Source: an uncultured Syntrophomonadaceae bacterium
GTDB lineage: Bacteria; Bacillota; Dethiobacteria; DTU022
Length of the DNA: 64,000 nt
Assembly: GCA_964464625.1 (NCBI GenBank)
Contig: CAYXKD010000004.1
Coordinates: 6,966 to 70,965, forward strand
Direction: 5' to 3'
Positions 55,588 to 64,000 of the stretch are shown piece by piece. A model generated the notes under the pieces. The model was not told where the DNA came from and did not search any database. It worked only from the letters and a program-made list of their open reading frames with translations. How positions within the stretch are numbered: the stretch's first letter is position 1; the number at the start of each line of letters is the position of its first letter. Position numbers and translations under genes: made by a program.

Positions 55588-55624
55588 TCAGCCCTATTAT
55601 ACCAAACAGTGGCAACCAGTTCAA
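55588..55624 (-). promoter_or_regulatory. Strong sigma-A-type promoter (TTGAAC, 17-nt spacer, TGgTATAAT) for the Asp23-amaP-DUF2273-nusB operon
   Basis: Minus strand reads aaaTTGAACtggttgccactgttTGGTATAATagg. A GC hairpin follows in the leader. Confidence 0.65.
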
Positions 55625-55695
55625 TTTTCGCGAAGGGATTTTCCAGGCCCGGCCGCTCCCCCGGCCGGTTCTCAAGCCGGTTTTCAGGGCTGTTC

Positions 55696-56229
55696 TCAGG
55701 GCCGGGCCATTACCTGTACATCTTCGCGATCAACACCTGCTGCAGCAGCCACCGCTTCGGCGATCTGAATGAAGCTATTTTCATCAAGGCCCTCATGCCT
55801 CACCATCACCGTAGCCAGCTGATCCTGGTAGAAAAAAACGGCGTCATCATAGCCCTGGGCCTTGACCATGTTTTCAACGATGAGCTCCTGCTCGCGTATC
55901 CGGACGATTTCCAGGAGCATCCCCTCCGCTTCATCCTTGGCGGACTCTCCGGCATTGGGATTGTCCAGGAGAGCCTGGAGCATTTCGATGGAGCGGTCCC
56001 TGGTCCTTTCGCGCTGCAGGCGGTAATTAACGAAGAAAGCGCTCCCCTCGCCCTCGACTTCATCAAGCGATGAAAAGAGGGCAGGCTCCAGCAGAGCGTC
56101 ATCTGTGAGCACATCCACGCTCGCGAGCCTGCTTTCCAGCCCCTGAATAACCCACAGCGTTGCACCTGCGAGCAGGGCCAGGCAGCAGAGCCAGATAAGC
56201 AGCCTGCGGTTTCTCTTCAGAAAACCCAT
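55696..56229 (-). CDS. spoIIIAH: Stage III sporulation protein AH
   Basis: TM anchor plus YscJ/FliF-like domain. Last gene of the spoIIIA operon. Confidence 0.8.
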   Translation of the reverse strand: MGFLKRNRRLLIWLCCLALLAGATLWVIQGLESRLASVDVLTDDALLEPALFSSLDEVEGEGSAFFVNYRLQRERTRDRSIEMLQALLDNPNAGESAKDEAEGMLLEIVRIREQELIVENMVKAQGYDDAVFFYQDQLATVMVRHEGLDENSFIQIAEAVAAAAGVDREDVQVMARP

Positions 56230-56268
56230 TCACTTTCACCTCCAAAATCCAAAATGGGGTCACCCAAA

Positions 56269-56297
56269 AGGGGGTCAGGTCTTGAAAAGCTAGTTTT
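56269..56297. repeat. Third copy (reverse orientation) of the 29-bp core aaaactagcttttcaagacctgaccccct, in the spoIIIAG-spoIIIAH intergenic spacer
   Basis: Exact reverse complement of the core of the 13418-13518 tandem repeat. Confidence 0.9.
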
Positions 56298-56327
56298 TTA
56301 GCAACAGCCCGCGGACAGCCCGCCCCC

Positions 56328-56912
56328 TCAGCGGGGCAGGACCGTAATCCTGTGCGCCGGCAGCCCCAGCAAAACCTGCAGGGCTTCAATCACCCGGGCC
56401 TTAACAGCCGGATCATCCACCCCGGCGGCCACAACAAGGACCCCGCGGTAGCGGGGCTTCCCCTCTTCGATGACCAGGGGGATCTCATTGCCCTGCTGAT
56501 CCCTCAGAATGACATATGTGGTCCGCAGCGTCTCCTCAACGACCTCCCTGTTTCCTCCTCCGCTGTCGCCCTCATCTGTCCGGCGCTGCGTCTGCTCCCT
56601 GTCGGCAACAAGCTCCAGTTTCCCCGATGTTTCCGGGGTCAGAAAAAGCTCCACCTCTCCCACTCCCCTGATCTGCGACAGTATTTCAGAAAGGCGGCAG
56701 ATAAACTGCTCTTCCGACCAGGTCGAGCCGGCTTCAGGCAGGCTCGCCGCCGCCGGCGGCTCTTTCTTTTTACCGTAACTAAAAAAGGAGTTAAAGAGCA
56801 GCAATCCTATCCCCAGCACGAGCAGCAGAAGAAGCAGCGGTCCGCTTTTCCGGCGCGCACCATCTTTTTCGGCGGGGCTAAAAATCTGGCTCCACCGCTC
56901 CCAAAATCCCAA
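56328..56912 (-). CDS. spoIIIAG: Stage III sporulation protein AG
   Basis: SpoIIIAG homology (N-terminal TM plus ring-building motif). Confidence 0.85.
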   Translation of the reverse strand: MGFWERWSQIFSPAEKDGARRKSGPLLLLLLVLGIGLLLFNSFFSYGKKKEPPAAASLPEAGSTWSEEQFICRLSEILSQIRGVGEVELFLTPETSGKLELVADREQTQRRTDEGDSGGGNREVVEETLRTTYVILRDQQGNEIPLVIEEGKPRYRGVLVVAAGVDDPAVKARVIEALQVLLGLPAHRITVLPR

Positions 56913-57077
56913 TCGCCTCTGCCTCCTTCTCCCTCTGTTGTCATCCCGGCGGCTCCCCTCCGCCCCGGCAGGAACCGGGTTTCAGGCGCATCTCCCCTGC
57001 AATCCCCCCCGCAAAGGCTGTACGCCTCTTGCAGGAGCGGGGCGGGCTGCGGTCCCCCGGGGTCCCGGGGTGGCTCC

Positions 57078-57761
57078 TCATTCGCAGAGGGTCACCCTGA
57101 CCTGCTCCGGAGGAAGCCTTAGCAGTTCCGCCAGAGAGCGCTCCAGCCCCGGCAGGGTGGAGGCGGGGCCCTCCCCCTCGCCCTCGACTTCACCCCGGCC
57201 TTCAGCCTGGCCTTCACCCTCGCCCCGGCCCTCCCCCTCGCCCCGGCCTTCGCCGGCTTCACCCCTGTTCGCTCCCACAATTACAGGCTCTATGCTCACC
57301 GGAGCAATCATCCCCTCTTCGCCGGCTGCAGCTTTGACCTGCAGATGGACCTTCAAAGGAGCACCAAAAGAGCTGCTCTCCTCATCCTCATCCAGAACCA
57401 GCCGGGCTTCTTCAAGCTGCCATTTGCCTGAAGCGGCGACCTCTTCGCGGAGCGCAGCAACAAGGGCTCTGCGGCACTGATCCAGAACCTGCCGGCTGTA
57501 AGCCCTGCCGATGCCCTCCTTCTCCCTCTCCGCAAAGGCGGTGCTATCCGCCGCCGGCTCTGCGGCAAAGATTGGATCAATGGCGGGAAGCCTGCCGATG
57601 AGGGCAGCAATGGCGCCCACAACCATCAGGATAACGATGAGCCCTGTGACCAGACGGATGTAGCGGTGAAATTCCCCCCGGGGCAGCAGCATCTCCAGCA
57701 GGACATTGAGAAATATAATCACAATAAGGTTGCGCACAAGGTCGCCCATTACCGGTATCAT
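57078..57761 (-). CDS. spoIIIAF: Stage III sporulation protein AF (with a G/E-rich low-complexity insertion)
   Basis: SpoIIIAF N-terminal TM region. Contains GEAGEGRGEGEGRGEGEGQAEGRGEVEGEGEG. Confidence 0.8.
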   Translation of the reverse strand: MIPVMGDLVRNLIVIIFLNVLLEMLLPRGEFHRYIRLVTGLIVILMVVGAIAALIGRLPAIDPIFAAEPAADSTAFAEREKEGIGRAYSRQVLDQCRRALVAALREEVAASGKWQLEEARLVLDEDEESSSFGAPLKVHLQVKAAAGEEGMIAPVSIEPVIVGANRGEAGEGRGEGEGRGEGEGQAEGRGEVEGEGEGPASTLPGLERSLAELLRLPPEQVRVTLCE

Positions 57762-57771
57762 CGGCTCACCC

Positions 57772-58956
57772 CTAACGAAACATGATCGCCGTATTGCCGG
57801 CGCCCACTATTGAGGTAACGGCAAAGAAAAACAGCAGGGCTGTGCAGGCCAGCGCCGCCAGGAGAAGGACCAGGGAATTGCCCATCACATTGATGCAGCT
57901 GCCCAGCTCCGATTCCCCGATTGGTTCCACCAGGGCTGCGCTGAGCTTGTAGATAAGGGTCACTGCCGTCAGCTTTAACAGCGGAAAGAGCGTCAGCAGA
58001 AACAGCAGCACCACCCCGGTGAGGTAGATGCTGTTTTTCAGAACGATGGATGCGCCGGCCACCGTTTCCACTGCATCGGAGAGGATCTTCCCCACAACAG
58101 GGACAAAGGCCCCGGTCATATACTTTGCTGTTCTCAGGCTAACAGCATCGGCCACGGTCCCGGCAGCCCCCTGCACCGCCAGGATGCCTGTAAATATTGT
58201 CATGCAGATCCCCATTCCCCACATGCTCAGCTCCTTGAAGAGATCGGAAAGTTTTTTCACCTTGAAATGAGGTGAAAAATGATGGACCAGGCCCAGCAAA
58301 GCACTGAAGTAGATCAGGGGAAAGATGACGTTCCGGATAAGGCTGCCGAAGAAATTGATTCCAAAGATAACCAGGGGGTGGAGGACTGTTGAAGAGACAA
58401 CATTCCCCTGCGCCGCCAGAAGAGCCAGCAGGGCCGGCAGGGAGGCCAGGGAAAAATCAACCATGTCATCTACAGTCCTTCCGGCCATGGCCAGGTTGGC
58501 GGAAAAACTGTAGAGGCAGACACCTGCCAGGACGATAAAGACGATGCTGCGGGTCAGCGCAGCCACCTGCTGCCGCTCAAAGGCGCTCTCCAGATTTTTT
58601 AGAAAGGCCGCCGCCACGGCGAGCAGTAAAAGCTGCCCCAGCAGCTTGAGGTTAAGAAGCACCTCGCCGAAGAAAAAGCGTCCCAGGCCGCCCAAAAGGG
58701 CGCCGGGCTCAATGATCTTTTCCCCGGCCTGGAGCCGCTCCATCAGAGTCTTCCAACTCAGATCGGGAAGGTATTCACCGGCCTCCCTCTCCAGCTCGCT
58801 CCAGAAGTGCTCAAAGAACGCCAGATCCAGTTCGCTTTGCAACTCCTTGACCAGCGGATCCGCCGCCGCCGCTGCGGCGGGAGAGGCGGCGGGAAGAAAA
58901 AGCATCAAAAGAGCAGCAGCTAACAGCGCAACCGGGGCGTACTGATGCTTTTTCAT
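57772..58956 (-). CDS. spoIIIAE: Stage III sporulation protein AE
   Basis: Polytopic SpoIIIAE homology. Confidence 0.9.
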   Translation of the reverse strand: MKKHQYAPVALLAAALLMLFLPAASPAAAAAADPLVKELQSELDLAFFEHFWSELEREAGEYLPDLSWKTLMERLQAGEKIIEPGALLGGLGRFFFGEVLLNLKLLGQLLLLAVAAAFLKNLESAFERQQVAALTRSIVFIVLAGVCLYSFSANLAMAGRTVDDMVDFSLASLPALLALLAAQGNVVSSTVLHPLVIFGINFFGSLIRNVIFPLIYFSALLGLVHHFSPHFKVKKLSDLFKELSMWGMGICMTIFTGILAVQGAAGTVADAVSLRTAKYMTGAFVPVVGKILSDAVETVAGASIVLKNSIYLTGVVLLFLLTLFPLLKLTAVTLIYKLSAALVEPIGESELGSCINVMGNSLVLLLAALACTALLFFFAVTSIVGAGNTAIMFR

Positions 58957-59342
58957 CGGGGGATCATCCTGAGAACAGATTCCATAATTTCCACAATTAC
59001 AGGCACCGCCATTACGAGAATAATTACCTTTGCCGCCAGCTCAACCCGTGAGGCGATGCTCCCCTCCCCGGCGTCACGGCAAACCTGCGCACCGAATTCA
59101 GCAAGGTAGGCGATGCCGATGACGCGCAGCAGTGTTTGCAGGTAAACAAGATTTATCCCCGCCGCCACCGCTGTTTCGGTAATCGCATTGACTGCTCCGA
59201 CAATGCGATTTATCACCAGGAGCATGATCAGGATCCCCGTCACAAGTGAAACCTGCATCGCCATTTCGGGGCGGTATTCCTTCAGAATAATTACGAGCAG
59301 GGTGGCAATGAGCGCCAGCCCCACTACCTGCACGATCTCCAT
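58953..59342 (-). CDS. spoIIIAD: Stage III sporulation protein AD
   Basis: SpoIIIAD homology. Confidence 0.9.
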   Translation of the reverse strand: MEIVQVVGLALIATLLVIILKEYRPEMAMQVSLVTGILIMLLVINRIVGAVNAITETAVAAGINLVYLQTLLRVIGIAYLAEFGAQVCRDAGEGSIASRVELAAKVIILVMAVPVIVEIMESVLRMIPR

Positions 59343-59445
59343 GACAGAAACACTCCGTCTCTCTCACCAGGCCCGGGATCCCCCCATCAGGTTAAGCCTG
59401 CCGCCCCGCCGCTGCATGCGGGAGGCCCCGGAAGCAGTTCGGCTG

Positions 59446-59652
59446 TTAAAAAAGATTGAATATGGTCTTGATGCTTGAAAAAAGTTCGCTAATGAGCTGC
59501 AGGACCATCAACAGGACGATGACGACGCCGACGAGGGTCAACATCTGCGCCTGCTCTTCCTTCTCCGCCTGTTTCAGGACAATGTTGAGCACGGAGATGA
59601 AGATGCCGATGCCGGCTATCTTGAAAAGAAGATCGATATTGACAGCGTTCAA
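59446..59652 (-). CDS. spoIIIAC: Stage III sporulation protein AC
   Basis: 68-aa two-TM SpoIIIAC. Confidence 0.9.
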   Translation of the reverse strand: MNAVNIDLLFKIAGIGIFISVLNIVLKQAEKEEQAQMLTLVGVVIVLLMVLQLISELFSSIKTIFNLF

Positions 59653-59667
59653 TGCTCTCCCTCCGTT

Positions 59668-60204
59668 TTAAAGCAGCAGGATGACCAGGGCAGCGCCTCC
59701 GGCTAAGCTCAAGTATCGCCACATCTTCTTGTTGCGCCGCCGCTGTTCCCGCGCCGCTTCCAGGGCGATTTCGAGGTGCTGCAGCGTTAATCCGATCTGC
59801 TTCAGCTGCCCCTCCTGTTCGCTCACCCCCAGGGAAACAGAGAGGCTTGAGAGGATCTCCCTGTCTGCAGGGGTGAAAGCGCTCCGGGGAAATATATGGG
59901 CCACGGCGCTTTCCCAAATTTCCCCGGCGCTGCGCTCATCCCCGGCAAGGAGGGCGGCGGCGGCATGGCGGTACAGCTCCCCCAGGGGCGGCTCAGCCTC
60001 CACCTGAAGGGCAATGGCCTGAAAGGCATAGGGCAGCAGCGCACGGCTGAAGGTTATCTCGGCGCTCAGCAGTTTAAGGCTGCGCTGAAATTGCTGCAGC
60101 TGCCTTACCCTGAGCTCAAGGGAGAGGGCTTTTGATTCGCCAAAAGCCCCGGCGGCAGCCAGCACGCAGAGGGAGCCGGCCACCTTGCAGATCAGTCCAA
60201 CCAT
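59668..60204 (-). CDS. spoIIIAB: Stage III sporulation protein AB
   Basis: SpoIIIAB (GspF-like) homology. Confidence 0.85.
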   Translation of the reverse strand: MVGLICKVAGSLCVLAAAGAFGESKALSLELRVRQLQQFQRSLKLLSAEITFSRALLPYAFQAIALQVEAEPPLGELYRHAAAALLAGDERSAGEIWESAVAHIFPRSAFTPADREILSSLSVSLGVSEQEGQLKQIGLTLQHLEIALEAAREQRRRNKKMWRYLSLAGGAALVILLL

Positions 60205-60234
60205 TTTATTTTCCGGCCCCCTTCCCTGAATATG

Positions 60235-61203
60235 TTAAGCCCGGCGGGCCAGTTTATCTTTGCGCAGGTCGCAGAGCTGCTCCACTGTGCCCGGCCCCCT
60301 GCTGCAGCCCAAAAGCAGCGCTTTTTCAAAAACAGCTTCATCGAGCAGCCGGCGCAGAGCGGGCCTGGCCCGCAGTTCCTCCAGGCTGCTCCCGTGAGCT
60401 GTGGCCACCACCGAAACGCCGGCATGGATCACCTCTTCAATGGCGGCGGCATCCTCGGGACGGCCGATTTCATCGGTAACGATAATTTCGGGCCCCATGG
60501 AGCGCAGCAGCAGCATCATCCCCTCCGCCTTGGGACAGGCGTCAAGCACATCGGTGCGCTCGCCCACATCGAGCTGGGGCATCCCCTGGAATGAGCCGGC
60601 TATTTCGGAGCGCTCGTCAACAACAGCCACATTGAAACCGGCAAGGCCGCTCTCCCTGGCCCCGCTGCTGAGACAGCGGGCCAGATCGCGCAGGAAGGTG
60701 GTCTTGCCACCGCGGGGCGGGGCCACCAGGAGACTGTGGCAGACGCGGCGACGGCGCTCATCAAGGAAAAAGCGGATGTAGGGCCGGGCCACCCCCCGGA
60801 TCTGGCGGGCCACCCTGTAGTTCAACCCGGTAATGTGTTTCAGCCGCACCACCCGGCCCCCCTCCACAACGGCCTGCCCGCAGAGCCCCACACGGTGCCC
60901 CCCGGGAATGGTGATGTAGCCGCTGCGCAGCTCTTCGGCAAATGCATAGAGGGAGGAGCTGCTAATCAGCTGCAGCGCCCTCTCCAGATCGCTGCGCTGA
61001 GGACGGTAAGCCTCCGCCGCAGAGGCGGCCTCTCCCGATTCGCCCAGGAAGCAATCGCCCCTCCGCCCCCGCAAGGCCAGCGGGCGGCCCAGGCGCAGCC
61101 GGATCTCCTCGAGATCGCTCCAGAGGGGCATGGCGGAGCGCTCCAGGATCGTGCGAATCCTCTGCGGCAAAAAAGAGCCCACCTCTTCGCTAAGCTCATT
61201 CAA
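60235..61203 (-). CDS. spoIIIAA: Stage III sporulation protein AA (secretion-type ATPase)
   Basis: Walker A GPPRGGKTT and AAA+ homology to SpoIIIAA. Confidence 0.9.
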   Translation of the reverse strand: MNELSEEVGSFLPQRIRTILERSAMPLWSDLEEIRLRLGRPLALRGRRGDCFLGESGEAASAAEAYRPQRSDLERALQLISSSSLYAFAEELRSGYITIPGGHRVGLCGQAVVEGGRVVRLKHITGLNYRVARQIRGVARPYIRFFLDERRRRVCHSLLVAPPRGGKTTFLRDLARCLSSGARESGLAGFNVAVVDERSEIAGSFQGMPQLDVGERTDVLDACPKAEGMMLLLRSMGPEIIVTDEIGRPEDAAAIEEVIHAGVSVVATAHGSSLEELRARPALRRLLDEAVFEKALLLGCSRGPGTVEQLCDLRKDKLARRA

Positions 61204-61339
61204 TTGCCGGGCCCCCCCTTTTTTGTAAAAATCACCGGGCTTGACCGTCCTCCCGGCCAGTAATTATGTATATGATGGAGCTGCCGCGAACTTGCTCATT
61301 TTATCCGCCCCGGCAGAGCCCCCCGGAGGTGCAGCACCG

Positions 61340-61415
61340 TTTCCCTCCCCCATTTCCGCTCCCCCATCCCCGCTCCCCACTCACCACCGCTCACACCCGC
61401 TCACCGCCCCCCCCG
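61340..61415. repeat. C-rich low-complexity tract with a 15-bp tandem (ctcccccatYYccg x2) and cgctcac x3, between the efp-operon terminator and spoIIIAA
   Basis: Seen directly in sequence; G-rich on the minus strand. Confidence 0.8.
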
Positions 61416-61418
61416 CAG

Positions 61419-61450
61419 CAAAATGAAAAGGCCGCCTTTGAAAGGCGGCC
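61419..61450 (-). terminator. Rho-independent terminator after the efp / CD1247-like gene pair, upstream of spoIIIAA
   Basis: Hairpin ggccgccttt-gaa-aggcggcc followed on the minus strand by ttttcatttt. Confidence 0.75.
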
Positions 61451-61579
61451 CGGATATAGCCATAAATTAATCACACCATATGGGATAAAAGCGCTGCCCG
61501 GGGATTTTCACAACAGGGGCGACAGTGCCGTAGATTCAGTTACAGCGGCGCCCCGGCGCCGGTGCAGCTTGCGATAATG

Positions 61580-62035
61580 CTACTCCTTCTCTTCCTCCTT
61601 CTCGTCGCTCAGCAGTTCATCAAAATCCTCATCTTCCCACTCTTCGTCGTCGATGAGCACAACCTCGTTGCACACAGGGCAGGTCACCTTGACGGGAATG
61701 TCGGTATGCAGCAGGTCTTCGCTGATCTCGACCATCTCCCCGCAGTTGGGGCATTCCACAGTAAAACATTCGTACTCGCCATAATCGTCGTCATCGTCTT
61801 CGACATCATCTTCGTAGAAATCGTCTTCCAGCTCGGCCAGATCTTCATCAAGGGCCTCGCTGTACTCAAAAAGCTCTTCATAGTCGGTTTGCAACTGAAC
61901 GACCGCCCCGGCCATCTCATCAAGGAGATCAACAATTCGCAACAAAAGCTTACCTTCCTTGCTCTCCTCATCCAGCGACAGCCCTTCAGCCAGCCCTTTC
62001 AAATAAGATACCCGCGCTATCAGATCTTCTGTCAT
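61580..62035 (-). CDS. CD1247 N-terminal domain-containing protein (acidic zinc-ribbon protein between efp and spoIIIAA)
   Basis: Two CxxC pairs (CPNCGEMV ... CPVCNEVV) and a highly acidic C-terminus. ATG at 62035 with RBS AGGAGG; ORF track extends to 62059. Confidence 0.65.
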   Translation of the reverse strand: MTEDLIARVSYLKGLAEGLSLDEESKEGKLLLRIVDLLDEMAGAVVQLQTDYEELFEYSEALDEDLAELEDDFYEDDVEDDDDDYGEYECFTVECPNCGEMVEISEDLLHTDIPVKVTCPVCNEVVLIDDEEWEDEDFDELLSDEKEEEKE

Positions 62036-62071
62036 GCTCGCGCCTCCTTTTGCTGACAACCTTATATTTTT

Positions 62072-62629
62072 CTAGACACGCTCAATATATGCACCGCTGC
62101 GGGTGTCAATCCGTAAAACATCACCAATGCCGACAAAAAGCGGCACCTGAACGGTAAGCCCCGTCTCCAGTGTGGCCGGTTTGCTCCCCCCGGCGGCGGT
62201 GTCACCCTTGATCCCCGGTTCAGTTTGAGTTACCTCAAGCTCCACAGTAAAGGGCAGTTCCACGCCAATTATCTTCTCACCGTGCACCACTAAAGTCAAG
62301 CTGTCGTTTTCTTTCAGGTATTTCACCGCCTCCTTCATCTGTGCTGCTGAAAGGGCAAGCTGCTCGTAGCTGGCCAGATCCATAAGATAGAATTCTTCAC
62401 CGCTCCGGTAAAGATAGGACATCTCTTTTCGCTCCAGATGAGCGCGCTTGACCTTTTCACCGGCTCTGAAGGTCTTCTCTGTTACAGCGCTGCTGCGCAG
62501 ATTTTTGATCTTTGACCGGACAAAAGCAGCCCCCTTGCCCGGCTTGACATGTTGGAATTCAACCACCTCATAGATGTCGCCTTCCATTTCAAAGGTCAGG
62601 CCGGTATGAAAATCATTTGTTGAAATCAT
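62072..62629 (-). CDS. efp: Elongation factor P
   Basis: Full-length EF-P homology including the conserved KPGKG loop. Confidence 0.95.
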   Translation of the reverse strand: MISTNDFHTGLTFEMEGDIYEVVEFQHVKPGKGAAFVRSKIKNLRSSAVTEKTFRAGEKVKRAHLERKEMSYLYRSGEEFYLMDLASYEQLALSAAQMKEAVKYLKENDSLTLVVHGEKIIGVELPFTVELEVTQTEPGIKGDTAAGGSKPATLETGLTVQVPLFVGIGDVLRIDTRSGAYIERV

Positions 62630-62654
62630 CTTGTATCATTACCTCCATCAGTGC

Positions 62655-63722
62655 TTAGATTACAATAAGCTCCCGCGGGCATTGCGTCAGCGTCTCAGAG
62701 CCGCCGGGTGTGATGAGAACCATATCTTCTATGCGGACACCGCCCCAGCCGGGTATGTAGATTCCCGGTTCAATGGTCACCACCATACCGGGCTGCAGAG
62801 TGCCTTCGCCCCGGGGCGACAAACGCGGCTGTTCATGGACCTCCAGCCCCAGTCCATGGCCCAGCCCGTGCCCGAAGTAGCTGTCAAAGCCCGCCTCCCT
62901 GATGGGGTCGCGGGCCAGAGCGTCGGCCTCCACGGAGGTCATCCCGGGCCTGATCTTTTCCCGGGCGAGCTGCTGGGCCAGGCGCACCGTCTCGTAGATT
63001 TCACGCGCCCGGAAGCCGGGCTCACCCAGGGCAATGGTCCTGGTCATATCTGTGGCATAGCTGTCAAATGTGCCGGTAAAATCGACGGTGATAAGTTCAC
63101 CCGGCTCGATAATCTTATCCGAGGCGACGCCGTGCGGCAGAGAACCCCGTACGCCCGAAGCGACAATATAGCGAAAAAGGGTTTCTGTGGAGCCCAGGCG
63201 GCGCAGGAAAAACTCAAGTTCCAGGGCCACCTCCTGCTCCGTTATGCCCGGTTTGACCAGATGGAGCAGAAAATCAAAGGCCTGGTCCATTATTGCGGCG
63301 CCGCGACGCAGCTTCTCCACCTCTGATTCGCTTTTTACAGCGCGCAGCTCCTCTACAATCCCCTTTGTGGGAAGAAGATGCAGCGGCAGCCCCTCCTGGA
63401 GCTCCCTGTAAAGGGAACAGGTTACCTGCTCCTCTTCAAAGGCAAGTTCACTCCAGCCCCCCTCTTTAATATGGGGGGCCAGGGCCTCACTGAGCCTTGC
63501 GTTCCAGGGGCAGATCCTAAAAAGGGGCGCCTCTTTTTCCGCCTGCTCAGAGTAGCGGAAATCGGTAAAGAGAAGCGCCTCCTCCGGACTGATGAGAAGG
63601 ACGCCCTGTGATCCGCTAAAACCGCTCAGGTAGAAGCGGTTGGCCTGTTGGGTAATCAGGAGGGCCTCCAGCGACCGTATGTTCAACTGTTCCTGCAAGC
63701 GCTGCAACCGCAATTGCATCAT
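62655..63722 (-). CDS. pepP: Xaa-Pro aminopeptidase (peptidase M24B)
   Basis: M24 creatinase/prolidase N-terminal plus catalytic domains with His/Asp/Glu metal ligands. Internal Met start with RBS AGGAGGAACA; ORF track extends to 63770. Confidence 0.85.
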   Translation of the reverse strand: MMQLRLQRLQEQLNIRSLEALLITQQANRFYLSGFSGSQGVLLISPEEALLFTDFRYSEQAEKEAPLFRICPWNARLSEALAPHIKEGGWSELAFEEEQVTCSLYRELQEGLPLHLLPTKGIVEELRAVKSESEVEKLRRGAAIMDQAFDFLLHLVKPGITEQEVALELEFFLRRLGSTETLFRYIVASGVRGSLPHGVASDKIIEPGELITVDFTGTFDSYATDMTRTIALGEPGFRAREIYETVRLAQQLAREKIRPGMTSVEADALARDPIREAGFDSYFGHGLGHGLGLEVHEQPRLSPRGEGTLQPGMVVTIEPGIYIPGWGGVRIEDMVLITPGGSETLTQCPRELIVI

Positions 63723-63922
63723 TGTTCCTCCTGTTCTTCGTGCATCCATTATCACCGGGTATATGCCCATCTCCGCCGGCCGCCCGCTCCGTCATATTTA
63801 CATTGATGCCGCGCCCGCTCCCTATCCCTGTCATCTTATCTACTTTTACCATTCCCTACTTTGGTTAATATTCCTTCCCTTCAAAGCAAAAAAAGCGCAA
63901 GACCACACCTTCCCGTCCCACT

Positions 63923-63957
63923 TTAGTAAACTTGGTGCCAGGCACCAAGTTTACTAA
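63923..63957. repeat. Palindromic repeat copy G (ttagtaaacttggtgccaggcaccaagtttactaa), perfect 35-bp palindrome with a compensatory cttgg/ccaag arm variant
   Basis: Seen directly in sequence. Confidence 0.9.
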
Positions 63958-64000
63958 CTTAGCCTCTTGAAATGGGACAAAATAGGACAATGGGAAGTAA

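Noticed and set aside
61204-61330. Sigma-E promoter for spoIIIAA (catcatatacataat region)
   Set aside because: A CATACA-like -10 is present (catatacataat) but no convincing -35 (ATATT) sits at 13-15 nt spacing. It is left unannotated.
7511-63957. Could the dispersed palindromes be a CRISPR array or CRISPR remnants?
   Set aside because: Units are self-complementary (CRISPR repeats are usually only partially palindromic). They occur singly or in pairs with irregular spacing of 10 to 20,000 bp, not as regular repeat-spacer arrays. No cas genes are present.

Overview
This 64 kb window is a high-GC (about 62-65%) chromosomal segment from an endospore-forming Firmicute; gene content and order point to Clostridia/Peptococcaceae (Desulfotomaculum-like), not Bacillus. 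Nearly every gene is on the minus strand; only spoIVB and spo0A are on plus. It is packed with core sporulation loci. These are dacB-spmA-spmB, ytfI-ytfJ, a dodecin-spoVAC-AD-AEb-AF operon, dacF with spoIIAA-spoIIAB-sigF, spoIIM, spoIVB, spo0A and the complete spoIIIAA-AH operon. Housekeeping genes include scpAB, trpS, a DHH-CBS-CCA enzyme, xerD, deoB, nudF, recN, nadK, tlyA, dxs, folD, ispA, xseAB, nusB, an Asp23/amaP alkaline-shock operon, efp and pepP. Findings that are not ordinary: (1) an approximately 575 nt promoter-to-terminator non-coding locus between ispA/folD and an OapA-like membrane protein gene plus dxs, which is the canonical position and size of OLE RNA. (2) An AT-rich (about 40% GC) aromatic-acid-exporter gene bracketed by approximately 130 bp direct repeats, with a lower-GC nox gene next to it, inserted beside the OLE-like locus. 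(3) A dispersed family of perfect or near-perfect 27-34 bp palindromes (GTAAACCGGTGCCAGGCACCGGTTTAC and covarying variants), 10 units at 7 intergenic loci. (4) A steA-steB(mctB-like)-GT2-GT4-DUF3866-nudF cluster in which the steB N-terminal transmembrane segment sits in a different reading frame. (5) A 49 bp tandem repeat with a third dispersed copy. (6) Recurrent C-rich/G-rich low-complexity tracts (one G-quadruplex-prone) in intergenic regions, and in-frame repeat insertions in several proteins. There is no CRISPR array, tRNA or rRNA, and no recognisable defence system. The ORF track contains many long antisense ORFs that are spurious high-GC artefacts.
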